From Chiloscyllium plagiosum (Eukaryota), in NCBI RefSeq assembly GCF_004010195.1, contig NC_057756.1, positions 9,210,862-9,245,652 of the forward strand: DNA of 34,791 nucleotides. The letters are read 5' to 3'. The notes beneath the pieces were generated by a model. It was given only the letters and a program-made list of their open reading frames with translations. It was not told the DNA's origin and searched no databases. Below, piece by piece: positions 22,041 through 33,632 of the stretch (its first letter is position 1; every line of letters starts with the position of its first letter). The position numbers were made by a program, and so were the translations under genes.

Positions 22041-22590
22041 TACAGCTGGAGTGTGAAGTTAATCAGATAAAGGAGCAAAATTAGGCCTTTCAATCATGGC
22101 TGATATGCTCCTCACCCCCCATTTTCCTGCCTTCTCTCCATATCCCTCCAACCCATTACCAATTCTATTACAGCTGGAGTGTGAAGTTAATCAGATAAAG
22201 GAGCAAAATTAGGCCATTCGGCCCATCGAGTCTGCTCCGCCATTCAATCATGGCTGATATGCTCCTCACCCCCCATTTTCCTGCCTTCTCTCCATATCCC
22301 TCCAACCCATTACCAATTAAACATCTGCCTAACTCCCCTTCAAATGTACTCACTGTCCCAGCATCCACTGCACTTTGGGGGAGCCAATTCCATAGATTCA
22401 CAACCCTTTGGGAGAAGTAGTGTCTCCTCAATTCTGTTCTAAATTTGCTCCCCCCCTTACCCTGAGATATGACCTCTCGTCCCAGAATACCCCACAAGGG
22501 GAAGCATCTGCTCCACATCTATTTGACCCACACCTTTTATCATCTTGAAAACCTCAATTTGATCTCTCCTCATACCTCTCAATTCCAGAG
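22034..22590 (-). mobile_element. CR1-like LINE 3' end whose tail and flank are tandemly duplicated
   Basis: KFRTELRRHYFSQRVVNLWNWLPQSAVDAG; 'attctattacagctggagtgtgaag' at 22034 and 22162. Confidence 0.85.
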
Positions 22591-22682
22591 GCTCATGGAG
22601 AGAGCAAAGAGAGGAGGGATAATAGAGGAGGGATGAGGATGATGGGATGAGGTCGGGCTGGGGGGCACGTTAAGGGGAAGAG

Positions 22683-23022
22683 AGTGGCTTCGTCATTATG
22701 TCATTGGACGAGTATTCCATGCACTGAAGACATAGATTCCCATTCCAGCTGCTGGAACGAACAAATCAGCAATTTCACAATCGTCTCAGTCACGATGACC
22801 ACTAAAACTATTCACTGATTGTTCTGGAAACTTGGCCCTTCCTAAATGGTGTTGACAAACTGGACATCTGCCACCGTTCCCCGATCTGGTCTGTATATGA
22901 ATCCAGATCCACAGTCAGTCAATGTGGCTGACTCTTAACCGCGCGCTGAAATGGCGAGGCCAGCCACTCAGTTCAAAGACAACAAATGCTAGTCTTGCCG
23001 GTGACACTAATGAAGAATAAAG
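22683..23022 (+). mobile_element. Old Deu-domain SINE
   Basis: 'atctgccaccgttccccgatctggtctgtatatgaatccagatccacag..aatgtggctgactcttaac' is homologous to the reverse strand of 7700-7800. Confidence 0.6.
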
Positions 23023-23155
23023 CTTGACAGAAAGAAACTTTGATGACGCGGCAGCACAGACTCCTGCCCGGAACTCGTCTGCTCCATCGGCTTTCATTTT
23101 TCTTCTTTCTCTGCTTTTTCTTTTAAAAACTTCTAACCTTCCATCTTCTGTGGAA

Positions 23156-23332
23156 GCTCGGACGGTTTCAAGGTGTCCGGTCTATCTGATGCTCGGACGG
23201 TTTCAAGGTGTCCGGTCTATCTGATGCTCGGATGGTTTCAAGGTGTCCGGTCTATCTGATGCTCGGACGGTTTCAAGGTGTCCGGTCTATCTGATGCTCG
23301 GACGGTTTCAAGGTGTCTGGTCTATCTGATGC
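23156..23332. repeat. 35-bp tandem repeat, 5 copies
   Basis: GCTCGGACGGTTTCAAGGTGTCCGGTCTATCTGAT at 23156, 23191, 23226, 23261 and 23296; no spacers. Confidence 0.97.
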
Positions 23333-25764
23333 AGGCTTTTTCCTGGTGGCAGTGGAGGAGCGAGGGGGACGTTTGTGCCCCCGGTAGCGGAGGCTGGTGG
23401 AGGGAGGCGAGAGTATGTCCTGCTGGTAGAGGAGAATAAAAGCGAGTTGGAGGCCAGTGCACGATTCTGCAGCCTCAGCGGCGACTGTATCGCCAAGGCC
23501 AGTCCAACCAACGATCATGGCGGTGGCGTGGTCAGTAAAGGCAAGATGGCGATGGAGAGTGTGGCAAAAGGACTCAAGGTTGGCCAACTGCTTCTTGCCT
23601 GTGTTGGTATCTGCATCAGGGTAGAAAGGTCAAAATCCAGGCCCATAGTCAAGCACTTAAGAAGGATTGTAACGTTGAACTTTTAACTTATTTCATCATT
23701 TTCTACTTTATACCGAAGATTTGGTACCTAGATACCTCTGCGCCTGTGAGGGTGCTGGGAATGATGACTTTGTACACTTTTCACTGTACTCCTGTACCTG
23801 TCTTGATGGCCAGTTGCACTTCCTGAAGGTAGAGTTTCGCTGCCCTCTGATGGTCATATTGCAGTACTGCCCTGTCTTTTTTCTGCTCTGGTGAGCTCCA
23901 CTGTTCAAAAAGCAATCCGTTGAACATATGAGATAGTGGCTCAGAGCCACAGGAGCAGCCTAACCTTATTAATTTTCAACCAAGAAAGAGAGAACTTCAT
24001 GTCTCCCTAGCAGGAAATCAGGATCTATCCTGCCAAGCTCCTCCCCCCAAGAATCCACAGCATTTTAATAAGATTACTTCACATTCCTCTGAACTCCAAT
24101 GGGTCTCGGCTTTAGCTGTGCAAGCTTTCCCCAAAAGGTAAAACCCTCATGTCAGGAATGAGCCTGGAGAAGCTGCTCTGAGCTGCTTCTAAAGCAAGTA
24201 TATTGTTTCTGAAGTAAGGTGATTAAACTGTACTCGGTACTTCACTAGGAGGAGTCCAGTCTCACTAAGACCCTGTTACAGATGCAGCAAGAATTCACGG
24301 ATGCTCCATCCCATTTGCAATAACTGCCAATATCTGTGCTCATCGTAATCCCGTAGAAAAACATTTCAGCCCATCTCTTCCTCACATTGTTACTTCTTTT
24401 TGAGAATGTTGCCAATGCTCTTTAGAAGTTAGTACAGAGTCCAACGCAGATCTGAACTTATCTTGAGGCAGGAATTAAATCTCAAGGCAGCTTCAATTTG
24501 TTCCCAAAGCAAGCACTGAGAGGGGGAGAGTGATATCACGAGAAAGAGAGAGAGAGACAGCACAGCCAGTAGTAAATAATTCATTTCATTTCCAAAATAT
24601 CCTTACAGTGTTGTATAGAAAGCACCTAATACACATTTGAATTGTTCAAGTCTACACACAGTTTCAAAGGTTAGAGAACAATGGCTGTTCCAGATGGTAC
24701 AAAGCGTGTTATCATTCCACCAGAGTGTGGTGAAACCTGGAGAAATCCTGCAACAATGTTCAGGGAAAACCTCTGGATAAAAGGTTAATGCCAGCTGATT
24801 TACCAAACTGGAATCTCACGTGGAACAGTCAGCTGAATGGATTGATTGGCACACGGTCAGCGAGGAAGGTCTTGTCAAAGTCCAGCTTGCAGCTGTGCTA
24901 CAAGGGCTACCATCCAATGCAGAAGCTGCCTCTGTCGTACTCTCTTAAACAGGCAAAGTGAAAGAGGTTGATGGGTCAGAAACACATCACTGCCCCTCCA
25001 AACATTCCGCCAGAAAGGACCTTAAACCATCCTCAGGATGACCAACCACCTGACAGGCAGTTAGATTTTGTTTTGAAGTAGAGGAACTCTTACAACTTCC
25101 AGTGTCAGCCATCTTGCACAATTAGAGAGTGAGTATGAGGGGATACTGTCAGTCAGTAAGAAGGGAGCACTACACTGTCAGAGGGGCTGGAAGTTGGAGT
25201 CTTCAGACTGTCAGAGGGTTGGTACTGAGGGAACCTATACTTTCACAGGGTCAGTATGGAGGGACTGCCATGCGGTAGGAGGCACAGGACTGAGGGACCG
25301 CTGCACTCTCAGACCGTTGTTACTGAGTGGTGAGGGTGCAGCATTGCCAGAGTCATTATTGAGGGAACAATGTACTCTAGGGGGTGTTTTATTTCACATG
25401 AAACAAAGGACTGCTGCACTGTCTGCCTCTCGCGTGAATGTAAAAAATCCAATGCCCATGATTTGGAACAAGTATTGGATGCAGTTCTCTCCAGTGGCCT
25501 GTGGAAAATATTCAGCTAACTTCAATGACAGCAGTTTCCTGGGAGCTTACTGTGTGCAAGTTGGCTACCATGTATCCCCCATTACAAATTTTGATTTAAA
25601 AGTCCCCACACTGGGCATGAAATCACTTTGGTAAGAAGTGAGGTCCTGAAAGACATGGAGGAGGAAGAGTAAGACCTTTCCTCAATGTTCACATCCCTCA
25701 AAAAGGTTTTCAGACCAGGCCCTCCTGTCAGGACTTCATTTGTCCATTCGAAGGCTGTAGTCTC

Positions 25765-25961
25765 TCAGATTTCAGCTACATGAAGGGAAGGAAGGAGTCC
25801 CGTCACCAGGAGGAGCAGCATGTTGTACTGTGGACTGACGCTCCTGTTGCAGAACTGTCCACAGCAGCAGTTGATCTCATCCATAGACGAAATGGGAACC
25901 CCACAAGCCTCCAAACTCGCACAGCCTCGAAATGGAAAACGGCCTTCAACATTTTGCTCGT
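25765..25961 (-). CDS. Ly6/uPAR (LU) multi-domain protein, terminal coding exon: second half of the last LU domain plus probable GPI signal
   Basis: Acceptor ctgttgatctttcAG; (H)EQNVEGRFPFRGCASLEACGVPISSMDEINCCCGQFCNRSVSPQYNMLLLLVTGLLPSLHVAEI-TGA; has the RGCA and CCxxxxCN motifs and a hydrophobic C-terminus. Not in the ORF track. Confidence 0.92.
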
Positions 25962-27552
25962 CTGAAAGATCAACAGACTGTCAGGGCTGCAAATTAGGAC
26001 AAGGCCTTGCTGTGAAGGCTATCAATAAATTCTACACTTTGTCACAACCAAAACGATGGAGGGCTGTCACTGAAAACAAAACGCAGCAATGAGCTTCAGA
26101 TAACATACCTGGATATTGTGTTGTTGACTTATTGTGGATTCGATCCAAAAGCATGATGGAAAACCCTTAAAAATGAGAAAGGATGAGGAAAACATTAATC
26201 TGAGCAGACACGGAGGTTTCTTCACACGAAGGGACAGAAAAATCTGTATTTCTCTCCCGATAACATCACTGAGACAGACGTCAACTGAGAAGTTCAAAGA
26301 TGAGGTGGACAAATTTTGTTGGGTGAAGAAGTTAAGTGTTAGGAAGCCAATGGTAGATGAAGGTCAGGTGCAGGTCAGGCTTAACTGGCTGAATAGCCTC
26401 CTCTTTTGTCCGAGTAACAGGCACAAGGGGCTGACTGGCCTCCTGCTGTTCCTGTGGAAGAGGCTTCAGGAGGGGGCTGTGAGCATTTTATATTATGCAA
26501 AAAGATGACAAGTGAGGTCAGAGAGATAGGGAGGGGGNNNNNNNNNNNNNNNNNNNNNNNNNNNNNNNNNNNNNNNNNNNNNNNNNNNNNNNNNNNNNNN
26601 NNNNNNNNNNNNNNNNNNNNNNNNNNNNNNNNNNNNNNNNNNNNNNNNNNNNNNNNNNNNNNNNNNNNNNNNNNNNNNNNNNNNNNNNNNNNNNNNNNNN
26701 NNNNNNNNNNNNNNNNNNNNNNNNNNNNNNNNNNNNNNNNNNNNNNNNNNNNNNNNNNNNNNNNNNNNNNNNNNNNNNNNNNNNNNNNNNNNNNNNNNNN
26801 NNNNNNNNNNNNNNNNNNNNNNNNNNNNNNNNNNNNNNNNNNNNNNNNNNNNNNNNNNNNNNNNNNNNNNNNNNNNNNNNNNNNNNNNNNNNNNNNNNNN
26901 NNNNNNNNNNNNNNNNNNNNNNNNNNNNNNNNNNNNNNNNNNNNNNNNNNNNNNNNNNNNNNNNNNNNNNNNNNNNNNNNNNNNNNNNNNNNNNNNNNNN
27001 NNNNNNNNNNNNNNNNNNNNNNNNNNNNNNNNNNNNNNNNNNNNNNNNNNNNNNNNNNNNNNNNNNNNNNNNNNNNNNNNNNNNNNNNNNNNNNNNNNNN
27101 NNNNNNNNNNNNNNNNNNNNNNNNNNNNNNNNNNNNNNNNNNNNNNNNNNNNNNNNNNNNNNNNNNNNNNNNNNNNNNNNNNNNNNNNNNNNNNNNNNNN
27201 NNNNNNNNNNNNNNNNNNNNNNNNNNNNNNNNNNNNNNNNNNNNNNNNNNNNNNNNNNNNNNNNNNNNNNNNNNNNNNNNNNNNNNNNNNNNNNNNNNNN
27301 NNNNNNNNNNNNNNNNNNNNNNNNNNNNNNNNGGGGTTACAGAGATAGGGAGGGGGTATAGGGGCTGGAGGGGGTTACAGAGATAGGGAGGGGGTGTGGG
27401 GGCTGGAGACTGGCTTGGTTTGCTCACCTAATTTTTGATGCTAAGTGATGCCAAGAGGAATTCCTGCATTGGCTGAGGTTACCATCAAGGATTCACCCTC
27501 TCAATGTCTTCCCTCATCCGAGGCGTCAGGACCCTCAGGTTAACCATTAGTC

Positions 27553-27560
<8 letters not shown>

Positions 27561-27590
<30 letters not shown>
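27561..27590. repeat. (CT)15 microsatellite
   Basis: Read directly. Confidence 0.98.
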
Positions 27591-27591
<1 letters not shown>

Positions 27592-27987
27592 ATGAGAGAG
27601 CAGTCCTTTGGCATTATGGTGATTTTTTAGGGTTCCGGGAGGTGGCAGAGTAGGCTAGGGTGATACGAAGGATGGTTGGGGAAGCAACATGTTCCAGAGA
27701 TAGGGAGCATTCTCGGGGCTGGTGGGAATTACAGAGATGGGGAGGACTTTAGGATATGGTGGAGGTTCCAAAGAAAGGGAATGTTATGAGTCCGGTCGTA
27801 AGTTAGAGATAGAGAAAGTTGCATGGGCTGGAGGAGAACACAGAGATAGGGAGGGTTGCTTAATGGGAATATTTGCATTATTCTTGGGAGAGTGTGAACT
27901 TGTACAACACAGTATTAAAGCAATTGCAAGTTTGCTGGGAAAAAAAGGAAATTTTGTGAATAGTAATGAGTTTTGGAGAGTACTTAC

Positions 27988-28113
27988 GATCAAATGATCC
28001 TTTGAAGTAACCCGTGGCACAGAAGTTCTGATTAGAAGTGCATTCAATTTTCTCAAAGTCACGATTGCAACCGGCTTCAGTACATCCATAGCACTCCATG
28101 CCGTTTTTACTCT
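27988..28113 (-). CDS. LU protein, penultimate exon: first half of the last LU domain
   Basis: Acceptor ataacAG, donor C|GTAAGT, 126 bp, phase 1-1; (E)SKNGMECYGCTEAGCNRDFEKIECTSNQNFCATGYFKGSFD with LU cysteines 1-5. Confidence 0.92.
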
Positions 28114-28309
28114 CTGTTATTAATCAGTCCGGTATCAATGTTCAGTTACACAGTTCCATTCAACATCAAAAGAAATATTTAACAGCTCTACAGCAACTAT
28201 TGCAACCTCAGAACATTCCAAAGCTGCTTCCAGCGGCACAAGTCAGAGAGAGTCAATATTTCAAAGAGTGGTCACAGTTGTAATGCAAACACAACAGACC
28301 TAAGTAGTA

Positions 28310-28625
28310 ACACACTGACAGTGCAACACAGCCTCTATAATGACTGTCCAACAGTCTGACTGTACAGGGCACCCTCAGTACTGGCTCTTCAACAGTACAG
28401 TGGGACTTCAAGAGTGATACACTGTCAGCACAGCACTCCCTCATTAATGTCTCTCCAATGATGAAACACTCCTTGAACACTGACCCTCCCTCAGTACTGA
28501 CCACCCAATAATGCAGCAATCAGTCCCAATGGTATATAGTTTCCTCAGCACTGACCCTCCGACAGTGCGGCGCTCCCTCAGCATTGACCCTCACATGTTT
28601 TAATGCTCTCCTGGTACTGATTCTG
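28310..28625. repeat. Degenerate 33-bp minisatellite family (also at about 25135-25400)
   Basis: One near-perfect unit 'cagcactgaccctccgacagtgcggcgctccct' among decayed ones. Confidence 0.7.
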
Positions 28626-29679
28626 AGTGCAGTACTTTCTTATTTCTGACTCACAAACAGTGGGAGCAAGGTGGCCCTCTCTGTAAATGAATGAATTTTT
28701 CCCAATCAGCAACTCTGCAATGAACGTTGTGCCAAGATGTTGTTAACCAAAATGTGTGGTAGCAGGGTCACAATCTGTTCTAGTGGTATTACTTCATTCC
28801 AGAAGGGATATTTTGCATTGAAGACAGTTTGGACAACATCTAAACATGAGAATTAAGAGCAAGAGTAGGCCCTATTGACTCATCATGTCCAATCCATCAT
28901 TGAACAGAATCATGGGTGACCTGCTCCTCTAACTCCATTTTTCCACACCATCCTCACATCTTTGGGCTCGTAGAAATTCATCGAGCTCAATCTTGAACAT
29001 GATCAAGAACTGAACTTCCATAACTCTCTGGGCAGAGAATTCCAATGATTGGCGTGTCCAGTGTTTTCCTCATCTTATACCTAAATGGTCCTGACTTTAT
29101 TCTGCTTCTGGTCCTTGATCTCACCAAGGCTACACACAATGGGTTGTATATAACTTCAGTAAGACAATTATTCAAAGCCTTGTGTAATAAAGGTCAATAC
29201 ATCATGTGTCTTCTTCATTGGTTGCAGTACCTCTATGTTAACTTTCAGTGACTCAAGGGATGAACAACCTTCAGGGATTGGCAAGCAAGTAAAGATCAAA
29301 CTACAATCAGAGTAGCCGTAATTGTACTGACCAGTGGTGAAGGCTTCATGGGCCAAAGGGCCTGGTTCTTTAGTTTTAAAATATTCTTTCCTTTGGGACA
29401 AATATTCACCCCAGGACACCCTCTTCAACACTTTTTTCAAAGTACTGGTTGCAGTTGGGGGTTGGGCACTGGAGTGCTGGTGAGGAGTAGGGTGTTCAGA
29501 GAGCAGTGGTGGTCTGTTATGCCCAACACAACCCTGTGATAAAAGTCACTTTCCAAAATCAGCACCTACGAAGTACATCACAGCAAATATTAACCTGAAA
29601 TGAGTGTTTGGGGCTTGAAGCCATGAGTTGGGGCTCAAGAGGGTAAAGTGCTACCCCGAGCCAAGGCTGACAAGTGCTA

Positions 29680-30128
29680 GTGAGTTTTGAGAAGATTTGT
29701 AGCTAAGGCTGAGGTTCTGGATGTAGGTTTGTTCGTTGAGCTGAAAGGTTCGTTTTCAGACTTTTCGTCACCATACTAGGTAACATCTTCAGTGAGCCTC
29801 CGGATGAAGCACTGCTGATGTTTCCTGTTTTCTATTTACGTGTTTGGATTTCTTTGGTTTGGTGATGCCATTTCCTGTTCTTTTTCTCAGGGGTGGTAAA
29901 TGGGATCCAAGTCAATGTGTTTGTAGATAGAGTTCCGGTTGGAATACCATGCATCTAGGAATTCTCGTGTGGATCTTGTGCATGACCCAAAGAAACCCAA
30001 ACATATAAACAGAAAGTAGGAAACATCAACAGTGCTTCATCTGGAGGCCCACTGAAGATGTTACCTAGTATGGTGACAAAACGTCTGAAAATGAACCTTT
30101 CAGCTCAGCGAGTAAACCTACATGCAGC
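29680..30128. mobile_element. Penelope-like (Poseidon/Neptune-type) remnant with inverted pLTR arms, each with a hammerhead motif
   Basis: Arms about 29721-29857 and 29987-30123; spacer on the minus strand encodes REFLDAWYSNRNSIYKHIDLDPIYHP (PLE endonuclease C-terminus); CTGAAGA-T-GTTACC-TAGTAT-GGTGAC-(G/A)AAA in both arms. Confidence 0.85.
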
Positions 30129-30197
30129 TGATAAATGCAACAGTCCTCCAACGCTCGACACGGCCATTCTCATTGCAATGCAGAAGTATAGTATTAC

Positions 30198-30320
30198 CTG
30201 GCATGGTGTGGTTGTTGCACAGGTCAGTCTTGCAGCAAATGATACTCTGTTTTATGCTACCTGTGTTTAAGGATACACCACAGTGCAACCCATACTCGCA
30301 AGACCTCTCAGTATATGAAT
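30198..30320 (-). CDS. LU protein, exon encoding the second half of the preceding LU domain
   Basis: Acceptor ttttactttcccAG, donor CAG|GTAATA, 123 bp, phase 1-1; xSYTERSCEYGLHCGVSLNTGSIKQSIICCKTDLCNNHTMP with CCKTDLCN; splices in frame to 28113. Confidence 0.93.
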
Positions 30321-30896
30321 CTGGGAAAGTAAAATGAGTGCCCATTCTTAATAATCAGCCTTCACAGAATCACAGAATTCAGTAGAGTGTGAATGACTTG
30401 ACTGAAATTGCTTCTATCATAATCTCAAGGCAGTGCATTCCTGACCCTAACAAATTACTGCATGAGATAGCTTTTCCTCATGTTGTTTTTGCTTCTCTTA
30501 TTAATAACTTTAAATTTGTGCCCTCTCATCCTCAATCATTTCACCAATGGAAATAATTTCCCCAGGCTCCACGTGGTTTCCAATACTTCGATCAAATCTC
30601 TCCTTACCCTTCTCTTTTCTAAAAAAAAAGTTCCAGTGTGCCCAAGGTATCAATGCAACTGAAGTTCCTCACCCTGGAACTATTCTTGTGAATCTTTTGT
30701 GCATTAACTCCAATGCCTTCATATCCTTTCTAAAGGTTGGCAGCCAGGACTGGACACAATCATCCAATTGAGGCCGAACCAGGGTCTTTTGCAAATTCAA
30801 CATAATGTCTTTCATGTAATCCAAGTTCATATTAACAAATCTTGATTACTGTATAAGCTTTACTGTACATGCTATCATTCTCATCTTAATTATTAT

Positions 30897-31611
30897 CATA
30901 GAACTCATACAGTGTGGAAAGAGGCCATTCAGTCCCTTGGGTTTGCACCTACCCTCCAAAAAGCACCCCAACCAGACCCAGTGCCAGCCCATCACCCTAG
31001 CCCCGTAGCCTCACATTTCCCATTTCATCTACCTTTCCTGCACACCCCTGGGCATTATGGGACAATTTAGCATGGCCAATCCACCCTAACCTGCACATCT
31101 CTGGCACTATAGGACAATTTAGCATGGCCAATCCACCCTAACCTGCACATCTCTGGCACTATAGGACAATTTAACATGGCCAATCCACCCTAATCTGCAC
31201 ATCCCTGGGCACTATGGGACAATTTAACATGGCCAATCCACCCTAATCTGCACATCCCTGGGCACTATGGGACAATTTAGCATGGCCAATCCACCCTAAC
31301 CTGCACATCCCTGGGCACTATGGGACAGTTTAGCATGGCCAATCCACCCTAACCTGCACATCTGTGAACACTATGGGTAATTTAGTATGGCCAATCTACC
31401 CTGACCTGCACATCTGTGAACACTATGGCTAATTTAGCATGGCCAATCTACCCTGACCTGCACATCTTTGGACTGTGGGAGGAAACCGGAGCACCCGGAG
31501 AAAACCCACACAGACACGGGGAGAATGTGCAAACTCCACAGAGTTGCACAAAAGCTGGTATTGAATCCTGGCCTCTAGCACTGCATGAACTACTGAGACA
31601 CCGTGCTGCCC
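30897..31611 (-). mobile_element. HE1-like SINE with 8 internal tandem copies of a 52-53 bp unit
   Basis: '(c/t)atggccaat' recurs at about 31071, 31123, 31175, 31228, 31281, 31334, 31387 and 31438, between the SINE tail and V-domain. Confidence 0.92.
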
Positions 31612-31843
31612 GAGAGAGGACGAATTTTTGAGAAGGAGATGATAAGTGGACTTTAGATTTTAGTTCCGTAAAGGTTACATTTATGTTTAAATGGTCCGAA
31701 AGTCATTTTTGAACTGTGAAGTCAATCTAAGAATAGACTTAAGCCAAATAAAACATATGGGGGAGTCAATTGTCAAAAATTTACGATGTTGAGAAAACCT
31801 ACTATCATGTTATGTGACATTATCACTATGCAAAACGGGATAT

Positions 31844-32016
31844 GATTTGGAGATGCCGGTGTTGGACTGGGTGGACAAAGTTAAAAATCACACAACACCA
31901 GGTTATAGTCCAACAGGTTCATCAGGTGATAGTGATGAAGGAGCAACGCTCCGAAAGCTAGTGTGCTTCCAATTAAACCTGTTGGACTATAACCTGGTGT
32001 TGTGTGATTTTTAACT
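31844..32016. mobile_element. Palindromic Penelope-derived element (third copy)
   Basis: 'agttaaaaatcacacaacaccaggttatagtccaacagg' and its reverse complement; TGATGAAGGAGCAACGCTCCGAAAGCTAGTG. Confidence 0.85.
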
Positions 32017-32029
32017 TCAAAACGGTATA

Positions 32030-32800
32030 GACTTCAAACAGATCTAGTAATTCAGAACTATGTATCCAGGAGATGCTGTGGGCCATTAGCAACAACAGAA
32101 TTTTATGCAAACGTAATCTCTGACTTCACGGCTCACCATATCCCTTGCTCTACCATTACCATCAAGCTGAGGGACTGACCCTGGTTCAATGAAGGGCATC
32201 CCTGAAGCAGCATCAGGCAAACCTAAAATGAGATGTTAACCCGGTGAAGCTACAAAGCAGTGTGCCAAACAATATAAGCAACAAGTGATAGACAGAGCCA
32301 AGCATTTCCACAGACAATTAATCAGATTTAAACTCTCCAGCCCTGCCACATCCAGATGTGAATGAAATTGGACAATTAAACAACTCATTGATACAGGAAA
32401 CTCCACAAATGTCCTCGTTCTCAGTAATGGGAAATTCAAGCATGTCAGTCTTAAACATCAAGCTGAAACATTTGCAACAATCTTCAGTCAGACATACTGA
32501 GTGCATGATCCATCTTGGCCTCTGTGGGAGTCCGTAGCATCACTAATGTTAGTCATTAGAAAATCCAATTAAGTCCACATGCCAACAAGAAACAGCTGGA
32601 GGAACTAGTTACTGCAAAGGCTTTGGATTCTTAAAATAGTTCGGAAGACTTTTGCTCCAGAATTTGCCATGCCCCCAGTCAACCTGTTCCAGTACGGCTT
32701 CAATACTGGCATCTACCTGACAATGTGGAAAATTGCCCAGGTATATCCTATAAACAATAAACAGGACAAATTCAACCCAGACAATTACCACAGAATTGTT
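32030..32800 (+). mobile_element. CR1/L2-clade LINE ORF2 fragment (upstream of RT)
   Basis: AETFATIFSQ, LFQYGFNTGIYLTMWKIAQVYPINNKQDKFNPDNYH (degenerate W-K-x-A-x-V-x-P...P-x-N-Y-R-P motif). Confidence 0.85.
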
Positions 32801-33304
32801 GAATACTGCTCAAAGGTTACGAGAGCTTCGGACGCAACTACCCTTTCAGACAATGAGTTCAGATTCCCAACAGCCACAGAATGAAACAACTCAACACTCT
32901 CCTCAGGCTTCTCCCTTTTACTATATATCTATACCCCTATAGTTACTGACCCTCTACTAATGGAGAAAGCACCATCGTGGCCACACTAAGCCCCTGATAC
33001 ACCCCTATTAGGTCCCCTCTCAACGTCAACTGTGCCAAAGAGAACAGCACCAGTTGATCCTGTCTTTCCTCAGCTCTGACCCTGCAGCCCAAGCAACATG
33101 CTGGTAAATCACCTCCTCGAGTGGAACTACAACCTTTCTACAATGTGGTAACCAGAACTATATGCAGTACTGGAATTGTGTTACATAGTGTTTTATATAG
33201 CTCCAGCACCTCCAGGCCAACAACCCTTTGAGTCTCTGCGCTGTTTAATTCTAGACTCTTAAGCATCATCTGATTGCCATCACACTAACATTGGTGCCCA
33301 TGCC

Positions 33305-33632
33305 AGACCCCTTGTAGAAATATTTGCATCATCTATAACTACCCGATGATGAGGATGTTGTACCTTTGTTTAAGAAAGGTTGTAAGGAGAAGCTGAGAGA
33401 CTACAGGCGAAAGTGGGTACTGTGGATGCTGGAGATTAGAGTCAAGATTAGAGTGGCGCTGGAAAAGCACAGCAGGTCAGGCAGTATCCGAGGAGCAGAA
33501 AAATCAACGTTTTGGGCAAAAGCCCTTCAACAGGAAACTATAGGCCTATGAGTTTGACTTTGGTTGTGGGTTAATTGTTGGAGATGATTTTACAAGATAG
33601 GATTTATGAACATTTACAGGCAAAAAATTGAT
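33305..33632 (+). mobile_element. CR1 RT fragment interrupted by a minus-strand Penelope solo-pLTR (33409-33536)
   Basis: VVPLFKKGCKEKLRDYR|PMSLTLVVG; insert flanked by actacaggc and actataggc. Confidence 0.8.

Noticed and set aside
23156..23332. CRISPR-like 35-bp partly palindromic repeats
   Set aside because: No spacers, no cas genes, vertebrate DNA; also lacks the GAAA needed for a hammerhead.
24270..24300. Minus-strand CCICN, resembling an LU C-terminal motif
   Set aside because: Wrong spacing; it is a decayed CR1 'LLxLYRxLVR' segment read in another frame.
24603..24806. Cys-containing 67-aa ORF
   Set aside because: No LU or Ig spacing and no clear splice sites; more likely the LU gene 3' UTR. 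Only a weak AATGAA near 24585, so no polyA site is called.
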